NCBI GenBank assembly: GCA_011048645.1
Contig: DSDR01000172.1
Location: forward strand, 1 to 41,375
Length of the DNA: 41,375 bases
Source: Phycisphaerales bacterium
Lineage (GTDB): Bacteria; Planctomycetota; Phycisphaerae; Sedimentisphaerales; Anaerohalosphaeraceae
Direction: 5' to 3'
Part shown: positions 26,313 through 35,902 of the stretch, piece by piece
Position numbering within the stretch: the stretch's first letter is position 1
Layout of the letters: every line of letters starts with the position of its first letter
The notes under the pieces: model-generated
Told to the model about the DNA's origin: nothing
Databases searched by the model: none
The model's input: the letters and a program-made list of their open reading frames with translations, nothing else
Program-made: the position numbers and the translations under genes

Positions 26313-27572
26313 ATGAAGCGCATCACCTTGGGATATGGTATTGGATTGGTTCTCATTGTTTCGGTCTTTGCCCATCAGAATCCCTCAGAAAAGGAATCTC
26401 TAACCGATGGTTTTTGGGGACTGAATGAAGCGTTGGAATCAAGCGGTATTGAGTTTGGGCTGAGTCTGACGAACATCTATCAGCTCAATGCCCGCGGCGG
26501 AATGAGTACCAGCCGTCGTCAGGGGCGCTGGTCCGGCAGTTACGATTTTGAGATGACCGCTGATCTGGAGCGGCTGTTGGGTGCCGAGGGCGCTGAAATC
26601 TATATGCTGGCCGAGGGGACCTGGTCGCGCAAAGACATTGATGAAACCTCCGTCGGCAGTGCGTTCGGCGTCAACGCGGATTTTGCCCCGCGCGAGGCGT
26701 TTAACATCATTGAGTTCTGGTATCAGCAATCGTTCTTTGACGATACACTGAGAATCCGCATCGGCAAGCTCGATATGACCGGCGGATTTGAGCACAGGGG
26801 CCGTCCTGTTTCGTTTGACTGCAGCGCCTACGCCAACGATGAAAACACGCAATTTCTCAATAATGCGCTGGTCAACAACCCGACCATTCCGTTTCCGGAC
26901 TATGGGCTGGGCGTGATTGTCTTCTGGAATCCGGTGGATGATTGGTATCTGTCGGTTGGAGCCGCCGACGCGCAGGCCGACAAACGCGAAACCGGCTTTA
27001 ACACCGCCTTCCACAGCGAAGATTACTTCGTCTATATGGCCGAGACGGGCATCACGCCTCAATTCAACTCGGCCAACGGCCCCCTGCAGGGCGCTTATCG
27101 GATCGGAATGTGGTACAGCCCCGAACCTCGCGCCAACGAACAGGCGGCTGATGAGGGCAGGGCCTGGCGCGATGATACCGGTTTTTATCTGAGCTTTGAC
27201 CAGCTTTTGGCCAAAGAAAACAATGACCCGGACGACAGTCAGGGATTGGGCGTTTTCTTCCGTTACGGCCAAGCCAGCGCCAAGACCAATGACATCACTG
27301 ATTTTTACAGCGTCGGCTTCCAGTACCAAGGCCTCTTTGACGGCCGCGACGACGATGTGCTCGGCGTCGGTTACGCCCGCGGCCGGTTCAGCCATCGCGC
27401 CTCGGCGGTCTTTCGCGATCACCACGAAAGTGTTCTGGAAGCCTATTACAATACCAGCATCACGCCGTGGCTGAATCTCAGTCCGTCGGTACAATACGTT
27501 GCCAACCCCGGCGGCTCCGGCGAAGCCAAGGACGCCGTCGTTGTCGGTCTTCGGGCCATGATGATCTTTTGA
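26313..27572 (+). CDS. OprB-family (carbohydrate-selective / iron-uptake type) outer-membrane porin
   Basis: It has the signal peptide MKRITLGYGIGLVLIVSVFA. The motif EFWYQQSFFDDTLRIRIGKLDMTGGFE is characteristic of OprB family members. The protein ends VVGLRAMMIF. Confidence 0.8.
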   Translation: MKRITLGYGIGLVLIVSVFAHQNPSEKESLTDGFWGLNEALESSGIEFGLSLTNIYQLNARGGMSTSRRQGRWSGSYDFEMTADLERLLGAEGAEIYMLAEGTWSRKDIDETSVGSAFGVNADFAPREAFNIIEFWYQQSFFDDTLRIRIGKLDMTGGFEHRGRPVSFDCSAYANDENTQFLNNALVNNPTIPFPDYGLGVIVFWNPVDDWYLSVGAADAQADKRETGFNTAFHSEDYFVYMAETGITPQFNSANGPLQGAYRIGMWYSPEPRANEQAADEGRAWRDDTGFYLSFDQLLAKENNDPDDSQGLGVFFRYGQASAKTNDITDFYSVGFQYQGLFDGRDDDVLGVGYARGRFSHRASAVFRDHHESVLEAYYNTSITPWLNLSPSVQYVANPGGSGEAKDAVVVGLRAMMIF

Positions 27573-27649
27573 ATGGTGATATGCTCTGACCCCTGTTGAC
27601 GGCGTAATTTTTTCTTCACAAAGCCGCAGTATCTGCTATACTGGAAGCT

Positions 27650-27886
27650 ATGCCGTTTAAGATGATGTTTATTTTGATTGGCGGGTTGCTGTTTTTGGCA
27701 TCGACGGCAGGTTATATTTATGCCAAGGTGCGTTTGCGTCCGCGCGGGGAGTCCGACGTGGACGAGTATTATTATGAATTCGAGGACCAGCATCCCGGAC
27801 TGGCTCGCTATTACGCCTGGTGTCGCGTCACATGGGGCGGCATCATTACGGCCATGCTGCTGATATTTCTGGCTTTGGTGCTGTAA
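27650..27886 (+). CDS. Hypothetical small two-TM membrane protein (78 aa)
   Basis: It has two hydrophobic helices flanking an acidic loop, DVDEYYYEFEDQ. A candidate promoter TTCACA-16-TATACT lies upstream (about 27616-27643). Confidence 0.45.
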   Translation: MPFKMMFILIGGLLFLASTAGYIYAKVRLRPRGESDVDEYYYEFEDQHPGLARYYAWCRVTWGGIITAMLLIFLALVL

Positions 27887-27897
27887 AGGCGCGGTAT

Positions 27898-29583
27898 TTA
27901 TTTTTCTCCGGCCAGCACCTCGGCAATGTTGAAAGCGTGGTCTTTGATCCGCCGATACGAAGTCAGCATATCGGTATAAATCAGACTTTTGAGCGGCGTG
28001 GCCTTGCCGTCGCCGACACGGGCCAGGTGTTTGCTGCGGCAGTCTTTCATCAATGTGGTAATCTCTGTACCCCGAGTCATCGCTTCTTTTAGAAACTGTC
28101 CGTTTTCGGATTCTACCGCATGGTTCACGTCGCAGATGTAGCCGGATACCATATCATGCAATTGGAGGATTTCCTCCAGCGCTTCAGGGCTGAGTACCTG
28201 ATCGGTGTCCCGCATTTTCAGGCGAAGTTTCAGAATGGTAACGACATAATCGCTGATCGATTCGAATTCATCGGACATACGAAGCTGCTCGCGCGCTGTC
28301 TTCATAGTTTCATGGGAGATATTGCCTGACATGATATGGCCGATAAATTCGACGATTTCTTTTTGGACAATATCCAGATCGTTTTCAGCCTGGAAAATCG
28401 GCTCGATCTTGTCCGGTTCCAGATTTCCGGCAGCGAACACCTCGCGCAGCAGTTCGAGCATCTGATCCACCCGGTGTCCCATCTTGACGACTTCTTTGCC
28501 GGACTGTTCCAGGGCGATACTCGGCGTATCAAAAACGCGCACATCCAGATAGGTCAGGCGCGGCGCGGTCGGTTTCTTTCGATCCGGTACCGCCCAGTTG
28601 AGGAAACGGGCGACATAGCCAATCAACGGCAGAAACAATATCGTATTGACGATATTAAATGCCGAATGGGTGACGGCAATGGCGGCCATAACGTGCGGAT
28701 AGGTTACGCCGGCGTCGGTATAAACCGCCACATCCGGCCGTTCGGTATGGTGAAAGACGTCAAGGAACCAAAGTACCCCGTCGGTGTACCACGAAAAGAT
28801 GGCGGTAATCCACAACACGCCGAAGACGTTAAACATAATATGCGCATAGGCGGCACGACGGGCATTCGGAGAGGTCCCCAGGGAGGCCAGAAACGCCGTG
28901 ATCGTCGTGCCGATGTTCTCGCCCAGCACCAGCGCCGCGGCGGTCTGATACGTAATCGCCCCGCTAAACGCCAGTGTCATCGTTATCGCCAGCGTAGCCG
29001 ATGAGGACTGAATCAGCGCGGTCAGCAGCGCTCCGATCATACAGCATCTCAACACGCCAAAATATGACGTCGGCTCAAATCGATGAAACAGTTCGACAAA
29101 GCCCGGCATATCTTTGAAGGGAGAAAAGCCGGTTTTCATCAATTGCAGCCCGTAAAACACCATCCCCAGGCCCAACACAAACATCGCCGTAAAGCGCACC
29201 CGGTCGCGCTTGATGAACAAATAGATCAAGGCCGCCGACCCTATCAGCGGCAGGCCGTATTTGTCCACACTAAGCGTGACCACCCAGCCGGTAATCGTTG
29301 TACCGATATTGGCTCCGGCAATCACCCCGATTGCCTGCAAAAGGGTCATCACGCCGGCGTTGACCATCCCCACCACCATGACCGTGGTAATTGAGCTGGA
29401 CTGAATAAGACAGGTTACAGCGGTACCCACCCCGCAGGCCATCAGGCGATTGTTCGTGACCGCTCCGATCATACGACGCAGCCGTTCTCCGGCGACCGCC
29501 TGCATCCCTTCGGACATATTTTTCATTCCCAAGAGAAATAGACCAAACCCGCCGAGAATCTCGAAAACCATTTGTGCGTTCAT
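27898..29583 (-). CDS. Na/Pi cotransporter family protein with C-terminal PhoU-like domains
   Basis: GGFGLFLLGMKNMSEGMQ and QSSSITTVMVVGMVNAG, with a repeat at QSSSATLAITM, are NptA-type repeats. The C-terminal half is helical and PhoU-like. I set the start at ATG 29583, which has AGGGGG 5 nt upstream; the track starts at GTG 29607. Confidence 0.85.
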   Translation of the reverse strand: MNAQMVFEILGGFGLFLLGMKNMSEGMQAVAGERLRRMIGAVTNNRLMACGVGTAVTCLIQSSSITTVMVVGMVNAGVMTLLQAIGVIAGANIGTTITGWVVTLSVDKYGLPLIGSAALIYLFIKRDRVRFTAMFVLGLGMVFYGLQLMKTGFSPFKDMPGFVELFHRFEPTSYFGVLRCCMIGALLTALIQSSSATLAITMTLAFSGAITYQTAAALVLGENIGTTITAFLASLGTSPNARRAAYAHIMFNVFGVLWITAIFSWYTDGVLWFLDVFHHTERPDVAVYTDAGVTYPHVMAAIAVTHSAFNIVNTILFLPLIGYVARFLNWAVPDRKKPTAPRLTYLDVRVFDTPSIALEQSGKEVVKMGHRVDQMLELLREVFAAGNLEPDKIEPIFQAENDLDIVQKEIVEFIGHIMSGNISHETMKTAREQLRMSDEFESISDYVVTILKLRLKMRDTDQVLSPEALEEILQLHDMVSGYICDVNHAVESENGQFLKEAMTRGTEITTLMKDCRSKHLARVGDGKATPLKSLIYTDMLTSYRRIKDHAFNIAEVLAGEK

Positions 29584-29866
29584 TAAACCCCCTGCGTATA
29601 TGAGCACAGGATTAGAGTCAGATTAATACAAGACGATTATTGGCGATTATCGCGGCACGTTATACCGTCGCCTCCGGCCAAAGTCAAGCCCCAAGCCCCA
29701 AAAACACAGGCTCATATCAAATTTTAACTCTATACAATAAGCGTTGTTGCGGCATCCCTGAGACATCGCAAAAGATAGACGCTTTGATGGGCGGCTCAGG
29801 TATAAAGATGGCGTGTGTCGCCAAAAATGCGGCTTGCTCGATCAGGCATTCCTCGGCGGCCTGCAC

Positions 29867-30775
29867 TTAATTCCACAATTGCAGCGTTGCGCTGACGGGA
29901 TAATGGTCGGAGGGGTAACGCCCTTGTTCGTTTGCATAGCGGTCTATTTGGGCATCCAGCACCGTGGTTGTTCGCTCAATGAGGATATGGTCGATCTTGA
30001 CGCCATCGGCGCCGCCTTCAAAGCCGTGGAAGGTTCGCGTATCCGGTTTATCCGGGTACAGCAGCCGCCACGAATCCAGCAGTTCCACCGGCGAATTCGG
30101 ATACCCCAATCGCCTCAGATACAGCATAGCCGGATTATCCAGTCCCATATTGAAATCCCCCATCACAATCACCGGATCTTCCGGCTCGCGGCGCGACACG
30201 ACGCGGGCCAACAGTTCTGCGCTTTTGAATCGCGACGTTTGGGATTGATGATCCAGATGCAGATTATAGACATACATCGCCCTGCCCGTGTCGCGCTCGA
30301 TTAATCGCACCCACGTGCAGATGCGCGGGATGCGGTTGCCCCAGTGTCGCGAGCCGGGCGCCCACGGCGAATTGGAAAACCAGAATGTGCCGGAATCGGC
30401 CAAACGGAAACGGTCGCGCCGATAAAGTACCGTGCAATGTTCGCCGGCCGATTTGCCGTCATCGCGCCCGACCGTGACCAGATCATATCCTTTCAGAGCA
30501 TTATGTATCTGTTCTACCTGAAAGTCCAATGCCTCCTGCAGGCCGACGACATCCGCCCCATGCCGAGCGATCAGATCAAAGACCATCTCACAACGATGTT
30601 CCCACTGATCCGGCCCGTCCTTGGCCGTACCGTAGCGTATGTTGAAGGTCATCACCTTGATGTTGTCCCCTTCGGTTTGAAACGGCACATCCCGCCGAGC
30701 CATTTGCTCCGGTGCAGCGCAACCGACAAGAGCCGCCGCCAGCACATATCCCAAAGACCCTATCCAATTTCGCAT
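29867..30775 (-). CDS. Endonuclease/exonuclease/phosphatase (EEP) family lipoprotein
   Basis: Lipobox LAAALVGC. Motifs: VMTFNIRYG, DVVGLQEA, GDFN and SDHYPVSATL. I set the start at ATG 30775, which has a GGGAGAG SD. Confidence 0.85.
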   Translation of the reverse strand: MRNWIGSLGYVLAAALVGCAAPEQMARRDVPFQTEGDNIKVMTFNIRYGTAKDGPDQWEHRCEMVFDLIARHGADVVGLQEALDFQVEQIHNALKGYDLVTVGRDDGKSAGEHCTVLYRRDRFRLADSGTFWFSNSPWAPGSRHWGNRIPRICTWVRLIERDTGRAMYVYNLHLDHQSQTSRFKSAELLARVVSRREPEDPVIVMGDFNMGLDNPAMLYLRRLGYPNSPVELLDSWRLLYPDKPDTRTFHGFEGGADGVKIDHILIERTTTVLDAQIDRYANEQGRYPSDHYPVSATLQLWN

Positions 30776-30810
30776 TGAACTGCTCTCCCACAATCAACAA
30801 TCTGCTGCTG

Positions 30811-32052
30811 TTACAGAACGTCCTCGAAGAGTTTAATGCCGTCCACGACTTTACAGGTATGAACGGCGTATTTGTCGGCAAAGGCCGGACGGCTGCGCGG
30901 GTAGGCGGTATCGACGGCCTGTTTGGCCGTCTCGGCGCTGTCGGCCAGCACCAAGGCGCCAGCAGCGCCTTTATCGCCGCCGCCGAGCATTCGCTCACCG
31001 AGAACGCCGGGCACGGTGCGGACGATGTCGCACATCGTTTCCAGCTCCGGACCGGAGATGACATAATCGTCGCGCAGCCCGATGCCATCCTGACGGAAAA
31101 TCCGTCCGACGGTCTCGATGTCGCCAGCCTTCCAGGCGTCCATCATCTCATAAAAGCGTTTCTGGGCGTTATAGATGTAGTCCATCCGTGCGACCAGATG
31201 CGAAGCGTCCTGTTCGAAACGCGATTTGATTTGGTCAAAGAGGCTCTTGTCGCGAATATCAGCCAGACAGGAAATCTTAAAACCGGCCTGCCTGGCTTTT
31301 GCGACCAGTTCCTCGCACTCAGCGCGTCGAATTTTGTAGGTGGATTTTTCCAGTCCCGGGCGGACCGTGCCGGTATCCATTACCATAATGCGAAAATCGT
31401 CGGCGCCGGCGCCCAGCGGGACATACTCAATCGAACGGTCGGCGGGCTTGTAGTGCGTGCCCATACCGGCTTTGGCAAAGGCGATCATGATCTGATCGAG
31501 CTTGCCGCATGGTGAACCAATGTAGTCGTTCTCAACCATTTGGGCCAAATCGACCACCTGCATCATATCCGGCGCGGCAATGCCGTTGACGTCCAGCGCC
31601 GAGAGAATCAGATTCAGCGTCAGCGACGCACTGCGGCTCATTCCGCCGCCGGGGATATTGCCGATAAGCACGGCATCCATGCCTTTGTCAAGCGGCAGCC
31701 CTTCCCGACGCAGGATAAAATCCACGCCGCAGGGAAACCGCGCCCAGGTATCGGCCATCTCGGCGGATTGAGGATCGGGCACTCTGCCCAGTTCAAACTC
31801 CACCACCCCGTCATCGGGGAAGTTACCGCTGTACAGACGCATTTTATGCGTGCCGTTCGGTTTATAGGCCATCCAGATAAACCGGTCGGTTCCTACGCCG
31901 AACAGTTCGGTTCCGTTATAGTCGCCATGTTCGACGCCCAGACAAAATCGGGACGAAGACCGACGCACCTTGGCGCCGGCGATATCCAGATTGACTTTTG
32001 CAGCCAGCGCCTTTATTTCATCAATCAGTTTTTGATCTTGTGAAGATACCAT
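30811..32052 (-). CDS. GHMP-family sugar kinase, galactokinase-like
   Basis: LGVEHGDYNG resembles the GalK signature G-E-H-x-D-Y. PGGGMSRSASL is the GHMP ATP motif. I set the start at ATG 32052, which has GAGG 4 nt upstream. Confidence 0.75.
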   Translation of the reverse strand: MVSSQDQKLIDEIKALAAKVNLDIAGAKVRRSSSRFCLGVEHGDYNGTELFGVGTDRFIWMAYKPNGTHKMRLYSGNFPDDGVVEFELGRVPDPQSAEMADTWARFPCGVDFILRREGLPLDKGMDAVLIGNIPGGGMSRSASLTLNLILSALDVNGIAAPDMMQVVDLAQMVENDYIGSPCGKLDQIMIAFAKAGMGTHYKPADRSIEYVPLGAGADDFRIMVMDTGTVRPGLEKSTYKIRRAECEELVAKARQAGFKISCLADIRDKSLFDQIKSRFEQDASHLVARMDYIYNAQKRFYEMMDAWKAGDIETVGRIFRQDGIGLRDDYVISGPELETMCDIVRTVPGVLGERMLGGGDKGAAGALVLADSAETAKQAVDTAYPRSRPAFADKYAVHTCKVVDGIKLFEDVL

Positions 32053-32075
32053 AAACCTCAACCCTTATCTTACTC

Positions 32076-33989
32076 TTACCAGAAAATAATGTACAAAGCA
32101 ATGGTAGCCAAAATAACAACGCCGCCCAGGTACATTGAACCTTTCGACCATTCCATCTCGATTTTCGTCTGTTCGGGCAGCGTAACAGGTGCAGGAAGCG
32201 GACGCAGTACCGTGACAATGGCCAGCACGACGGCGATAAGCCCAACGGTCAGCGCCATTCGATTCAAAAACGCCAGCTCACTCCAACCGAAAAACAAGGC
32301 GCCATAAATAATCGGACTCAGGACCAATCCCAATACGCCGCACACGCGCGGCGCCTTTTTGACAAACAGGCCATACAGAAAAATGACCAAAATGCCGGGC
32401 GAAATAAAGCCCTGGAACTCCTGGATAAAGGCAAACGCGCCGCCAAACCGGGGGTCGGCAAGAATCGGTGCAATGATGCACCCGATAATGACCAAAACCC
32501 CCACGCAAATACGGCCGATTAAAATCAGCAGTTTGTGGTTGACGGTTTCTTTCTTTGTAAACCAATCTTTATACAGATCCATCGTAAAAATGGTTGACCC
32601 CGCATTGAGCATCGACGCCAGCGAACTGATCACCGCCCCCATCAACGCCGCCAGCACAAACCCCCGCAATCCGTTCGGCGTCAAGTACCGAATCAAAAGC
32701 GGAAACGCACCATCATAATCATAGCCGACCAATTCCCGGCTTAAAGACAGGTCGGGGCGCTGTCGCCGGACGTTTTCAAGCAGTGTTCGGTTAGCCTGAA
32801 CAAGATCGGGACTGTCGGGGATTTCTTTGCCCAGTAACGCCGCATTGAATTGAACGATTTGCTCGCTCAACTCCGGCTGCCGCTGCGCAAAATCGCCGTT
32901 AAATCGAAAGACCGCGCCAGCCTCTGCGGGGGACTGTCGAAGCTGCTCAAACGTTTCAAGGGTTGGTTTATTGAGTCCTTCCATCTGCATTGCATTGTCA
33001 TGCATCACGGGAGCATATAAGGTAAACGCGATAATTCCCGGCACGCACACGATAAACGGTATCAGCAGCTTCAAAAAGGCGGCGAACACAACGCCCCGCT
33101 GTCCCTCGCGAAGGGAATGCGCCCCCAGCGTACGCTGCATAATAAACTGATTCAGCCCCCAGTAGTAAAAGTTCGGAATCCAGATGCCCAACAGCAGCGC
33201 CGTCCACGGCAAAAAGGTACTGTCGGCCGGCAGAACCATGTGCATCTGCTCTTGTTTGAGGACCGCAAATTTTTCGCCCAGTGTGGCGCCTTCCTGCACA
33301 TTCAGCATTTCATGAACTGAAGCTTCACTAATCAGTTCATAGTTTGACGGGTTGTCCAGCGCCATAAAAGCAAGGATCATGATGACGGCGCCGCCAACGA
33401 TCAGGGCCGATCCCTGAATTAAATCCGCCCAGGCACACGCTTTTAACCCCCCCGCCGCAACATACAAAGCGGCAAGAATGCCCACAAACCACGACAGCGT
33501 CGTAATGTTCACAGGCATTCCCAGTACCGTGTCGGGAAACAACGGCCCCAGCGTCCGTGCGCCAAGATAAATAACGGTGGGAATCGTCACCCCCGCAAAT
33601 ACAATGACCATTAACGCGGACATCACCAAACGAGAGGAGTGATTGAAACGATATTCGAGATATTCAGGAATCGTAAAAATACCGCTTTTGAGAAATTTCG
33701 GCAGGAAAAAGAACGCCACCACCACGAGCGTGATTGCTGCAATCCATTCATAACTGGCCACCGCAAGTCCGATTTCCGGCGAGGCCGCCTGTCCGGCCAT
33801 TCCCACAAATTGTTCGGCGGAAATGTTGGCGGCAATGAGAGAAAAACCGATCAGCCACCACTTCAGTCCGCGACCGGCAAGGAAATAATCCTCAGAGGTT
33901 TCTTCCTTTCGGCTCTTATAAAGGCCCAGTGCGATCACACACGCAAAAAACACAAGAATGATCAAACCGTCAAAAAGACTTAGCTGCAT
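32076..33989 (-). CDS. Sodium:solute symporter (SSS/SGLT family)
   Basis: EDYFLAGRGLKWWLIGFSLIAANISAEQFVGMAGQA is the typical SGLT N-terminus. The protein has roughly 14 TM helices. I set the start at ATG 33989 (MQLSLFDG). Confidence 0.9.
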   Translation of the reverse strand: MQLSLFDGLIILVFFACVIALGLYKSRKEETSEDYFLAGRGLKWWLIGFSLIAANISAEQFVGMAGQAASPEIGLAVASYEWIAAITLVVVAFFFLPKFLKSGIFTIPEYLEYRFNHSSRLVMSALMVIVFAGVTIPTVIYLGARTLGPLFPDTVLGMPVNITTLSWFVGILAALYVAAGGLKACAWADLIQGSALIVGGAVIMILAFMALDNPSNYELISEASVHEMLNVQEGATLGEKFAVLKQEQMHMVLPADSTFLPWTALLLGIWIPNFYYWGLNQFIMQRTLGAHSLREGQRGVVFAAFLKLLIPFIVCVPGIIAFTLYAPVMHDNAMQMEGLNKPTLETFEQLRQSPAEAGAVFRFNGDFAQRQPELSEQIVQFNAALLGKEIPDSPDLVQANRTLLENVRRQRPDLSLSRELVGYDYDGAFPLLIRYLTPNGLRGFVLAALMGAVISSLASMLNAGSTIFTMDLYKDWFTKKETVNHKLLILIGRICVGVLVIIGCIIAPILADPRFGGAFAFIQEFQGFISPGILVIFLYGLFVKKAPRVCGVLGLVLSPIIYGALFFGWSELAFLNRMALTVGLIAVVLAIVTVLRPLPAPVTLPEQTKIEMEWSKGSMYLGGVVILATIALYIIFW

Positions 33990-34350
33990 AGTTTGGTTCC
34001 TTTCACAACACGACACGTCAATCGATATTTGGGTTCGACAACTATCGAGATTAAAACACGTTGACCTGCCAGCGGCGCGTTATGTCCATCTCGATTCAGT
34101 GCAATGCAAGACGAAAAAGAATCCATCACTAACCGGACGGAATACCCCAAAACCCCATTTTCTTTCTCCTTAAACGTCAGATTTATTGTTCGGATATGTT
34201 TCGTATTATCCGGATTTCAAGCCCGGATTCAACAAGAAATACACAAACAATCAGGGAATTTCTGTCTTTATTTTGTCTCATATGCTGAGAAAACGCTTCA
34301 CAGAATCCGGCCTTTGGGGTAGAGTAAACAGACGGAATAAACGGATATTT

Positions 34351-35136
34351 ATGAATACAAAAACGACAGAGACAATCGGTCTTTCAATTGTCATCCCGAC
34401 CTTTCAGGAGGCCAGGAAAGTAGGCGGCGATATCGCGGCTGCATCGGAGTTTCTGACCCGGTTTCCCGACGGCGGCGAAATCCTGATTGCCGATGACGGC
34501 AGTCGAGATCAGACCGCCGATGTCGCTGAGCAATGCGCCGCTCGGTCCCCTGTCTCGGTGCGTGTGCTTCGATTGGAACGCAACCGCGGCAAAGGCTGCG
34601 CGGTACGCACGGGGATTCTCGAAAGCCGCGGCCGGTATGTGATGTTTGCCGACAGCGGCTGCTGCGTGCCGTATCAGGAAGCGATGACGGGCATCGAACT
34701 GATTCAAAGCGGCCGATGCCAAATCGCCCACGGCTCCCGTAAAATGAGCGTCAGCCACATCCATCGTCCGCAATCCTGGTATCGTCGGCTCTGCTCGCGG
34801 CTGTTTCATTGGCTGCTGATTCACGACCTCAAACGCTTGGCCAATTTGACCGACACGCAGTGCGGCTTTAAGGTCTATGACGGCCAGATTGCCCGATGTC
34901 TGTATGCAGTCAGCACCATCGACGGATTTATGTTTGATGTGGAAATTATCCTGCTGGCGATGAAATACGGCTACAGGATATGCGAATTTCCCGTGGACTG
35001 GTCATGGGATCCGGACAGCCGACTCAAACCCTCTCACGAAGCGATTAAGGTACTGCGGGATTTAATTTGGCTCAAGCACCAATACGGCGATGTGCTCAGT
35101 ACACAGCGAAATCAGTCAAAATCAGCCGCACAGTAA
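34351..35136 (+). CDS. GT2 glycosyltransferase, dolichyl/polyprenyl-phosphate beta-glucosyltransferase-like
   Basis: Motifs: LSIVIPTFQEA, LIADDGSRDQT, NRGKGCAVR, FADSG and TQCGFKVY. I set the start at ATG 34351; the track ORF starts at 34186. Confidence 0.85.
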   Translation: MNTKTTETIGLSIVIPTFQEARKVGGDIAAASEFLTRFPDGGEILIADDGSRDQTADVAEQCAARSPVSVRVLRLERNRGKGCAVRTGILESRGRYVMFADSGCCVPYQEAMTGIELIQSGRCQIAHGSRKMSVSHIHRPQSWYRRLCSRLFHWLLIHDLKRLANLTDTQCGFKVYDGQIARCLYAVSTIDGFMFDVEIILLAMKYGYRICEFPVDWSWDPDSRLKPSHEAIKVLRDLIWLKHQYGDVLSTQRNQSKSAAQ

Positions 35137-35149
35137 GGGACGATCCGCT

Positions 35150-35896
35150 ATGTTGGCCGGAAAAACAATTCTTATCACAGGCGCCGGCCGAGGCATTGGG
35201 TTGTGCATCGCACATCGTTTCATTCAGGCCGGAGCATCTGTCGTGCTTGCCGAGAAAAACCGACAGTTAAAAACATTCGCCTTGGACAGATTGAAACAGA
35301 CCGAGCGGACTTTGTTTGTACAGACGGATATCGCGTTGGAGGCCGATGTCGAAGCGGTCATTCGGCAGGCAGTTCAATGGTCCGGTCGTCTGGATGCGGT
35401 CGTACATAATGCCGCTATCGCCGACAATCGCCCGATTGAGCTGCTTGACTACGATCAATGGCAGCAGGTTTTGAATGTCAACCTGTCCGGCGCGTTTTTG
35501 TGTGCCAAGCACGCCGCCGCTTCACTTAAAAAGACCGCCGGCGCTATCGTGCTGATCGCCTCAACGCGAGCGTTGATGAGCGAGCCGCATACTGAGGCCT
35601 ATTCAGCCTCCAAAGCCGGATTGGTGGGGCTGACTCATTCGCTGGCGATGAGCCTGGCTCCGGTGCGCGTCAACTGCATCAGTCCGGGTTGGATCGTAAC
35701 GGATGCATGGCAACAGGACGGCCCTGCATCGACATTAACCGACCGAGATCACGCTCAGCACCCGGTCGGCAGAGTCGGACAACCGGAAGACATCGCCGAA
35801 ATGGTTTTTTATTTGTGTTCAGAAAAAGCCGCCTTTATCACCGGCCAGAATTTTATCATCGACGGCGGAATGACAAAAAAAATGATCTATTGTTAG
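35150..35896 (+). CDS. Short-chain dehydrogenase/reductase (SDR)
   Basis: It has the Rossmann motif TGAGRGIGLCIA, then NAAI, and the catalytic YSASKAG. I set the start at ATG 35150. Confidence 0.9.
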   Translation: MLAGKTILITGAGRGIGLCIAHRFIQAGASVVLAEKNRQLKTFALDRLKQTERTLFVQTDIALEADVEAVIRQAVQWSGRLDAVVHNAAIADNRPIELLDYDQWQQVLNVNLSGAFLCAKHAAASLKKTAGAIVLIASTRALMSEPHTEAYSASKAGLVGLTHSLAMSLAPVRVNCISPGWIVTDAWQQDGPASTLTDRDHAQHPVGRVGQPEDIAEMVFYLCSEKAAFITGQNFIIDGGMTKKMIYC

Positions 35897-35902
35897 GCCG
35901 TG

